Below are positions 54,826 to 64,000 of a DNA stretch of 64,000 nucleotides, piece after piece. Below the pieces are notes generated by a model. That model had not been told where the DNA came from. It did no database searches and saw only the letters and a list, made by a program, of their open reading frames with translations. The translations under genes and the position numbers were made by a program. Numbering within the stretch: position 1 is the first letter of the stretch; each line of letters starts with the position of its first letter. This DNA comes from Octopus bimaculoides (lineage: Eukaryota): NCBI RefSeq assembly GCF_001194135.2, contig NC_068992.1, forward strand, positions 52,820,705 to 52,884,704. The letters run 5' to 3'.

Positions 54826-55449
54826 ATTGTCTATCAGTCGGACAATCTTCTTTGAAATTTGCTCAGTGATTTTTAATAACAAATAGAATACAAATAATGG
54901 AAAACTGTCGCACTCTTCATTAAATTATCTACGATCGAGCAAAACGTTTTTTTCTTCCACCGACTGCTGACTTCCTTTCGTTCGTTGTCCCCCATTTTGT
55001 GGTTTTGTGGAGAAATTTCTGTTTAAATATTTTCTGCCACGAAGTTGTTTTGTTTCTCTCTGCATGGGTGTCATCAAAATACAGCACAATAAAAGAGACC
55101 CACGGCACAGTTTACACGAAAATTATTCAACAGAGATGGATGTAGCACTGGTAGTGAATTTGGGAAAGATTTCATAAAATGCCTCGTGAATCTTAATCCC
55201 TTTATTCTCCCACCAAGCTTGACAGCAGTGGGCGGCTTTGATTTGAATTTTATGTATCGTATGCATTCATTAATTAGCTAGCACAGGTATATATGATGAG
55301 ACTCGTGTAAGCATAACCACACCTGAGGATCATAGAAAAGTGTTACATCTCCCACTTTCTAGTGTTGGATGCATACACAATGAAACGTTAATGAATAGAA
55401 ATATGGATACCAGTCTGGGTTAAAAGTTGTCTACTATTTCAAGCCTTAA

Positions 55450-56230
55450 TTAATTGTACAAACAAATCATATACAAAAAGGCGCTTATTCATTAAAATAT
55501 ATCTCATTTTATTCTACATTCTGTTGACATCGTTGTGCCAGAAATTAACTTCTACGCTTGTAGCATTTTGCTCCTTTAGAGGAATGAAAACCCCAGCGTT
55601 TGTTTTAAATTTCATTCACATCCTTAAACATGACCATCGGGAGCAATCTCTATCTGCAACACCTCCTTGAGGTTCCATCAAACACACATGACCTTCTGTT
55701 CGAAACCCCTTGCTAGACCATAGGTTCTGAATACAGGCCGGAACGAAGTCACTGCTCTCTATTTCGAAGATAACGAAAAACATTGATTTTTCATCTCCAG
55801 TTACAAATTCGACGCCACAACTGGGCATCTCAAGAATTTATCTGCTATTGATTGTAAATCTTCATGCGTCTTTGAGCCTGGCGATTGGTCAGCTCATGAA
55901 GAGCTATTGGACAACATATGCTCACAATGCCAAGCTTATGGAGGTGTTGACTGATGGTATTTGTAAAGGATCACTTTTTGCCGACAATGCACGCGTGCTT
56001 GGGCTCTGCTGTTGTTCAACCATTTCAAGCAAGCCTCACCTACAACAGAAGGTTTTTTTTACTTTCCCACCTTGGTTTGTCTTCAACATTGGTGTCTCCT
56101 TTCTTGAAGTAGCTGGACCAAATTTATGTTATATGTTTGTTGACAATTTCTGGGCCTTCTACATCTAACTTTCCCTTGTCGCTACCCTTATAGCTCTAAT
56201 TTGAATTTTCACCACTTATCAAGGTCTTGA
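55450..56230 (-). mobile_element. Mariner transposase remnant, a different copy from 33978
   Basis: Minus-strand peptides YFKKGDTNVEDKPR (HTH linker), LHELTNRQAQRRMKI (WVPHEL-like) and FVTGDEKSMFF (first catalytic D). Boundaries are approximate. Confidence 0.85.
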
Positions 56231-57199
56231 AATAAAGAATGAATAAAAATATTTATATGTTATATATGAAACTAAACAACGATAGTAGAAGTCGTATGTA
56301 ATTCATTATGTAACAAGGAAATACAAGTTGTCAAATATCATCACTGAAAATCCGGAAACATCTTTTGGCTCAACCACACAATTTTTAGAGACAGCCGGAC
56401 GCAGTAAAACTGTGTATTGCCGGAGCCCAGTTAACGGTTAAGTAGAAAATAGATGGAGAAATGGATGAGAACTGGATGAATGGAGATTTACATCAAATTT
56501 AATAGAGAAACATTGATTTGTGTCACACGCCTTCAAGCCCACAGTTGTCGATAATTACATCATAAGTCAGTGTCACGAATTTTCACTCGAAAGCGTTTAT
56601 AGCACTTCAGTTTAGACATATCAGAATTAAACCTTATTTTCCAGCAACTAGATACATAAGGGTTTTTTTCTTTCTTTTTGTAATGTTATTTGGGTTTGTG
56701 TCGTTTACATCCTAACAAAGGCACCAAATTATTCCCAACACAACATAAACAAGTAATCAATTTTCCACGCTCATACGAATGCGATATTGTATATCTACTT
56801 AATGATTTTCTCATTCCAGCTTCTGCAAGTATAATGAAGTTTCGGCTTCGTTTCCCGTACTTGCTGAAGTGATTAAAATAATATTAGTCATTCAGCTAAT
56901 GTCTTTTTCTCACTGAGTAAGTACTTGTAATTAGATTTTTAATGCTCGCAACATTAAGCATAATCACATTAACTTAACTTGTATTGTTTCCCAGGGGTGT
57001 CATCTATATGAAGAACTTACAGTTAAGTGCATGCTATCATACTTGATGGTTCTTGATTGTAAATACCGTACACAGGCAAATGTAACTAAAAGTTATTTTG
57101 AATAATATTTAGACCTATATAAAGAAGTAAAATTGAAGGAACTAAATATCACAAAGTGTTTACACAAATTCTCAATTGTCATCTTTAATTGTTATTATT

Positions 57200-59170
57200 T
57201 CATTACACCTTCAGTTTTTTCTAACATACTTCTATTATAACTAACAGGAAAAATTGCCTCTTTTAGCAAATCCGCTCTTCATTATTTATAACTTTCAAAA
57301 AGCCTTTAATAGAATGCCGAATTTATAGATAATGCAGATATGCTTCATATACAAAATAGTGTTAATCTACAATCCGGATTTTAAACTAACCAGGTAAACA
57401 GGATATAATAGAGCAAGTCTTCTCTGAAATACTTAATCATTTATAAAAAGATATCCACTCCCCGTTATTCACCTTTTCCAACTATGACTACTGTATGAAA
57501 ATGATCAAACCTAATCAAAAGTGGTTTCATTTTATATGAAAAAAAGCCTACGATTATAATTTCAGTTGGTTAAAAATTATTTTCAGTCCAGTGAATTAAC
57601 TATGGTAGCCTGCACTTAACTATCTGTTCTTCATATAAAAGATATAAATTATGTTGGCGTTAGATTATTTAATGTGGTGAGCTTCAGACATTTAATTGGA
57701 AACATTCGATGCGAAAAAGACATTGGTTCCATGGTTAATTTTATTTTAATCATCTCGGTAATTATGGAAGACACTCCAGGACGTGTTCAGGCATTTTAGA
57801 CAGTCTCTGAAAATAAATAAGCTTCATCATACATACCGTGGTAGTAATAAGAGAACGAACTGGTTAATGTACAATGAGTATCGGTTGAATTTGGTAAGGT
57901 CATTTATATAAAGAAAGATCACTACAGAATAACAATCTACCGCTACTTCAGCAAGTAAAATGAAGTATATGTATCGCAGATGAACGCTACCGTGACACAT
58001 AAACGTATACTATGATTAACGAAATGATAGCAAGTGATAATAGTCATGGAATTAATATTGACTTTCTTTCAACATGTAAAATTTTTTATCAGATTTGCAA
58101 TGCTGAATATATAAATCATATTAATTCTAATTTAACAATTGTTCTTAAACATATAGCGTCTCTATGCAATTCATACAAGCGTTATATCGTTAAGACGCCT
58201 ACATGGTGTGGTTTTAATAACTGATATACAGATGTCCTTTCTCATGCTGACTGAAAACTATGTAGTCTTTAACGTGGTCAGCGTTTCTAATACAGATTGC
58301 TTTTCGAAGTCATTAATACTTTAGCAACTCGGTTTTTATAAACAGCTTGATATATTTTCTCTGTAAAGATGATTTCAAATTATATAACATAGGCTTCATT
58401 AAAGAAACACCTGAAAATTAAATATCCTTGTATACAGAAGTAATATTAAAATTATAAAAAACACTAGGCGACATTTGCTAATCTTATGTATGAGTAGCAA
58501 ATTAACATAAACCTAAAGAATCCAACTGTTCAATAAGAGAATTAGCACAAAATCACGAATAAAAGAACTTCACAAGAGATGAGTATAACAATATACCAAA
58601 GAAACAACTTAATGATATAATGATAAAGAATAAGACAAAAGAGTTTAATTAGCGTGGAAAATGAAATCTGCTACCAATAATTAGTTAATACGTCCAACCA
58701 CAACTTACAATCATTGGTGTAAACAACAAATTCAATATAACAAATTAGAAGTTAAAAGATATCAGAGGTTTATTATAAAAAGCAAAAGACCACGCGGCGA
58801 TAATCAGCGCTTGTTCACAAAATACAAGTAAAATAAATTAATGTTGTGGCAAATTGTCAACTGCTCTACGTACAATCAACATAGAAAAACAATCGAGTAC
58901 CTCATATCCGGCTCTTAAGTACTTATAAAGCTGTAATGTATTTAGAGACACGACCATTGTAGTAGCTACATTAAACACTTTCATGTTAGAATAAATTTGG
59001 AAAAGAAAACATTTCACTGTTATTATACATGTGCCACAACGGTGCAACAATACATTTTTTAAAACGTGGTGACACAGATAGAATAGAGATAAAACGACAG
59101 AAAGCGAAACCAACTAATTCTAAGAGATATTTTGATTCTATTCGATCAAAACCTAGAATGAAATAATTTT
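57200..59170 (+). mobile_element. Second long, highly decayed R4/Dong remnant (RT to endonuclease)
   Basis: Degenerate collinear motifs NFQKAFNRMP, LNYLFFI, KDIGSM, then NQHRKTIEYLISGS and RHDHCSSYI (~58860-58975), resembling the CCHC zinc-knuckle region. Confidence 0.65.
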
Positions 59171-59596
59171 GAAAAAATATTACGTTGCATGTCAATTATA
59201 ATTAAACTGAATTAAGATGTCAACAGGTGTAATGTGATAAATACAATACCACCAATGTCTAATGTATGCAATAAAACTTAATTTGAACACGCACACATAC
59301 ACACACAGATACCTGTATATGTGTGTGTCTAAGTATTTATGTGTACTTTGGTTAAGATGACTCGGATTCAACCCGCCTGTGTGGCATGTTTCATAGGTTA
59401 AATTTCCATAGCCTCGAGTCAGCGCGTTCCTTTTCAGCGAAAGTGGGAGCAACAAAACTAGAGAAATTTGTCAACAAATAAAGATCTGTTGGGCGTTTCA
59501 CGATTACTGTACTTGAGAATGCTCGACCACCTTTCCAAGAGCAGATAATTTAGTAGATCTAACTGGTCACTCCTCACATAGTTTATACATATATAC

Positions 59597-59651
<55 letters not shown>

Positions 59652-59712
59652 NNNNNNNNNNNNNNNNNNNNNNNNNNNNNNNNNNNNNNNNNNNNNNNNN
59701 NNNNNNNNNNNN

Positions 59713-59861
59713 ATTATTGCCAAAAGGGGGTTAAACATAGAAGGGACACGACTCCGAAAGGCGAAGTCAACCTCGGCGGAATTTGAGCTCAGAACGTAGC
59801 GGCAGACGAAATACCGCTAAGAATTTTGCTCGGCGTGCTAACGACTCTACCAGCTCGCTGC
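59713..59861 (-). mobile_element. SINE family 3, well-conserved copy with internal deletion
   Basis: Reverse complement gcagcgagctggtagagtcgttagcacgccgagcaaaattcttagcggtatttcgtctgccgctacgttctgagctcaaattccgccgaggttgacttcg... Confidence 0.9.
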
Positions 59862-59973
59862 AGTATGTATGTATGTATGTATGTGTGTATGTATGTATGT
59901 ATGTATGTATGTATATATGTATGTATGTATGCATGAATGTATGTATGTATAAAGAGAGAGAGGGAGAGAGAGA

Positions 59974-60012
59974 GGGCGGTGGGCTGGCAGAATCGTATAT
60001 GTTTATATATAT

Positions 60013-60065
<53 letters not shown>

Positions 60066-60262
60066 CTTAAGAGATAGGGGGAACTTAATCATGCCGGTTA
60101 AAATGTTTAATGGCATTTCTTCAGTCTTTACGTCCTGAGTTCAAATTCCGCCGCAGTCGATTTGTCTTCCATCTCTTTCAGGATTCATAAAATAAGTATG
60201 ATTCGAGCATGGAGTCGATGTCATCCCACAAATTACTGGCCCTTACCAGTATTTGAAACCGA
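59974..60262 (+). mobile_element. SINE family 3 copy interrupted by a ~88-bp (TA)/(GA)-rich insertion
   Basis: Head ggcggtgggctggcagaatcgt (59974-59996) resumes at ~60085 with ttaatcatgccgg...ctgagttcaaattccgccgcagtcga. Confidence 0.8.
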
Positions 60263-61339
60263 TATCTCTATATGGTCGGGTGTATGTGTGCATGCTTGAG
60301 TGTGTGCGTGTATGGGTAGATTGGTGACTGTGTATGTGTGAGTTGTTTTTGTCTATCAAATTTTAAATATAAGCTTTGATGAAGCATCGACTCCGGTGGA
60401 AACTGATGGCGCCGTGCAAGTTAGTGTTGCTAGGCTAATTTTTGCAATCCATCGTATATTCCCAATTATTTTCTTTTATTTATTTTATTTACGGATATTA
60501 AATTCCCGATGAGGGAAACATACACATGGCTGTGTCTGTATATTATTTTTAGTTTACATTAATTATGTTCATCTTGCTTTACATGAGTTTAGTTTCTCTT
60601 AATTAGCGTACACTCTGTAGGTTGTTGACCGAACACACATTGTTTTTCATTTATTTTCATGTTCATACTAATGTTTATGCATGAAATCATTAAACACTTT
60701 CTTAACGCCTTTGGTCATAAAATATAAAGATATATGCAACAGGATATAGAAAGTATATCATCATTATAGTCACCATAATAAACAATTATATATGCCTTTA
60801 TGGCGGAAACATATGGCGGATATCTAATGGAATTTTCGTTTTTTTTCTTCTTTTTTCTTTAATAAGAGAATATATATCGATGTTCTTACCATCTTGCATA
60901 AATTAAGCACATCATAAAAAGCCAACATTTTTTACTTTAGCAATAGAGAATAGATATATCCAACAACAACGACGTGTAAGATGATTGTAAAACTATAACA
61001 TGTAATACGAACAAAAATACCACCAGCAACAACACTATTAACATAACGAGCAAATAATAACATAACATGAAAATGATTTATTTACTTTTTACAAGGGCAA
61101 CACAAATATAGAATACTAAAGTACAAATCTACAGACAATTATCTTAAGGGTATACGCATAAATCAATATGCAAATAACAACATTCAAGCGATATGAATTT
61201 ATATAGGAAATGCAAATGCATAGATTAAAAAAAAAAGATATTATTCTTCCGGATATTATCGAGGCTAATATTGACACGTGTTCAAACATTTTCTTGCTAA
61301 GGATTTTGTAGATAACATCGAATATGAAAAGGTTATACT

Positions 61340-62470
61340 ACATCGTTTAGCTTTTCATTTTAGTTGCTTAAGTCATCGGAATGCAGCAAGGTTAGGGGAC
61401 TTGCTGGAAGGATTCATTCGATCTTTCAATAGCGCATATATCGATCTTTTTGCCGAACCGCTAACTGACAGGGACATAGGAGAAATGTTTAACATTACTG
61501 GTTGTCAATTGGTGGGCGAATGATCGGAAACACAAATATACATACACACACATACGCAGACACAAACAACAGCCCCATATATATANNNNNNNNNNNNNNN
61601 NNNNNNNNNNNNNNNNNNNNNNNNNNNNNNNNNNNNNNNNNNNNNNNNNNNNNNNNNNNNNNNNNNNNNNNNNNNNNNNNNNNNNNNNNNNNNNNNNNNN
61701 NNNNNNNNNNNNNNNNNNNNNNNNNNNNNNNNNNNNNNNNNNNNNNNNNNNNNNNNNNNNNNNNNNNNNNNNNNNNNNNNNNNNNNNNNNNNNNNNNNNN
61801 NNNNNNNNNNNNNNNNNNNNNNNNNNNNNNNNNNNNNNNNNNNNNNNNNNNNNNNNNNNNNNNNNNNNNNNNNNNNNNNNNNNNNNNNNNNNNNNNNNNN
61901 NNNNNNNNNNNNNNNNNNNNNNNNNNNNNNNNNNNNNNNNNNNNNNNNNNNNNNNNNNNNNNNNNNNNNNNNNNNNNNNNNNNNNNNNNNNNNNNNNNNN
62001 NNNNNNNNNNNNNNNNNNNNNNNNNNNNNNNNNNNNNNNNNNNNNNNNNNNNNNNNNNNNNNNNNNNNNNNNNNNNNNNNNNNNNNNNNNNNNNNNNNNN
62101 NNNNNNNNNNNNNNNNNNNNNNNNNNNNNNNNNNNNNNNNNNNNNNNNNNNNNNNNNNNNNNNNNNNNNNNNNNNNNNNNNNNNNNNNNNNNNNNNNNNN
62201 NNNNNNNNNNNNNNNNNNNNNNNNNNNNNNNNNNNNNNNNNNNNNNNNNNNNNNNNNNNNNNNNNNNNNNNNNNNNNNNNNNNNNNNNNNATTTATATAT
62301 ATATACATATATATATATATATGTGTGTGTGTCGGGGTGGGGTGTGTATATATGCATGTTTCCACTTAGTATATTCACTCAGAAATATTGGTCGTTCGTT
62401 TTGTGGTTACAGTAGAAGATACTTGCTTATGGTGTCGTATGAAGGGACAGGAACCTTATTTCAATAACAA
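61340..62470 (-). mobile_element. SINE family 1, old copy spanning the 61586-62290 gap
   Basis: 3' part tttttgccgaaccgctaa...ctggttgtcaa lies left of the gap; 5' part (reverse complement gcaagtatcttctactgtaacc...tctgagtgaat) lies right of it. Confidence 0.65.
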
Positions 62471-62857
62471 TTCTAGCACGAACAGATTGTTCTGTAGGAG
62501 AGTAAGTAGTAGCAGATAGTAAAATTACTGATTTGTATGTATTAAAGGCAGATCTCTGCATAGTCACATTGGAAAGTGACACACAGTAATAGTTGCAAGG
62601 CATGCACAATTTCATTTCCTTATTTTCGCGTTACATTTAATTAGAATCTAAGCTAAATTAGATTTGTGTATTTGTTTTTCTTTTCCTAAATTTTTGATAA
62701 TTTAATTATATACATGAAAATAACAAAGTAACTGATGGGGAAAAACATAAAATAGTTGTTTAATCATCTCTCTCTTTTGAAAATCTGAACTTTAAACCGT
62801 ATAAAGGACTGCCGTAAGGTAAAGAAAGACTATTCTAGGTTACATTACTTGGCTTAC

Positions 62858-62978
62858 TCTGTCAACTGCAGAATAAAATACAAAGCGTTTGAGGCCATAA
62901 TTTAGAGCTGAAAGTGGAGGCTTAGGGAATTTTGAATTCGGAGCCCAATGGGGCTGAAATTTGCCCTTCATTAAATAT
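62858..62978 (-). CDS. Candidate internal coding exon of an unidentified gene
   Basis: Acceptor ttttatcaatag, donor aga|gtaagc, 40 open codons YLMKGKFQPHWAPNSKFPKPPLSALNYGLKRFVFYSAVDR, visibly more GC-rich than the flanks. No homology recognised. Confidence 0.35.
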
Positions 62979-63517
62979 CTATTGATAAAATAATCCTTGT
63001 AATATATCGACTACGAATCCATGTGACACAATAGGTTATTTACCTAGTGGCTACATTTAACATTTCAAATTAAGTATTACAGAATGCATCGATTCTTGTA
63101 TGTGAAATATCAGATTGGAAAAACCTTTTTATCCCCCAGTTTTCTGTGATATTTTCCAGTGCGTACCCGTACAGTTGCTACTGTACACTATTAGTTCAAA
63201 ACAAATTCGAAGGAAAATTACTCGGAATTAAAGGAAAATCCAAGTAGATCAAAGCATTTACCTATTACAAACATCATGAAATGCAAAAACGTCTATAGAA
63301 ACACAATTAAATGTTGATTTCACAAAATTTATTCATTTTAGTTTTCCTTCAGTTGAAAGCCACGTTTGAGTTTTAAAATTTACTGCTCTACATTTAATTT
63401 CATTTCAGTTAGGATATCTATTAATTGAATCGAAGAAATTGTGTGTGCTTAATATCTAACTACATATCGTCATAGACAGATGCGTATGAATGTGTGTACA
63501 GTTATAAATACATATAC

Positions 63518-63519
<2 letters not shown>

Positions 63520-63603
<84 letters not shown>
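63520..63603. repeat. (GT)n microsatellite
   Basis: Read directly from the sequence. Confidence 0.98.
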
Positions 63604-63604
<1 letters not shown>

Positions 63605-63777
63605 GATGTGAGCATACATACGTACGTACATAAGTGTATCAGATCTAATATCTAGAAACGTTAACGTTATAACGATTATATTCTGAGGTTTATGATTTTC
63701 TTATTAGTAGATAACACACATAAACACACATACATATAAAGTGAGAGAGAAAGAAAGAGGGACAGACAGACAGACAG

Positions 63778-63941
63778 AGCATGCCAATTAAGATGCTTAG
63801 CAGAGTTTAAATTCCGCCGAGTTCTATTTCGCCTTTCATCATTTGGATCTATAAAATAACTACCTCTTTAGCATTAGAGTCAATGCAATCGATTAACCCT
63901 CTCCTTCAAAGTTACATGTCTTGTTCTTATAGTAAGAAACG

Positions 63942-63945
<4 letters not shown>
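63778..63945 (+). mobile_element. SINE family 3, 5'-truncated and internally deleted copy
   Basis: atgcttagcagagtttaaattccgccgagttctatttcgcctttcatc...gtcaatgcaatcgattaaccc...agtaagaaacgatta. Confidence 0.75.

Positions 63946-64000
<55 letters not shown>
63945..64000. repeat. (ATCT)n microsatellite
   Basis: Read directly from the sequence. Confidence 0.98.

Noticed and set aside
62858-62978. ALNYG similarity to neprilysin/M13 peptidases
   Set aside because: The following GxVIGHExxH zinc motif is absent, so no product is assigned.

Overview
AT-rich, repeat-dominated eukaryotic scaffold with 11 N-gaps, 10 of which abut a microsatellite. The SINE families and the extreme microsatellite load point to a cephalopod, most likely Octopus (inference from recognition, not a search). 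I could not identify a host protein-coding gene: almost all long ORFs in the track are microsatellite or N-gap artefacts, and the few exon-like segments are low-confidence. What the sequence does support is a layered transposon landscape: three tRNA-like SINE families (about 19 copies or fragments), four decayed R4/Dong non-LTR retrotransposon segments (one nearly full length), RTE and Penelope reverse-transcriptase fragments, Tc1 and mariner transposase remnants, a mariner-derived MITE pair and a Tigger-like MITE. The most interesting signal is at 48.9-50.2 kb, where a Dong/R4 3' end and a second unnamed element are stacked in (TAA)n arrays, suggesting microsatellite-targeted insertion. Other unexplained structures are a 520-bp segment bounded by inverted repeats, a solitary tRNA-like fold, paired palindromes and inverted SINE pairs. 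I found no CRISPR array, rRNA, intact tRNA or well-supported novel biological system. All alignments and translations were done by eye.
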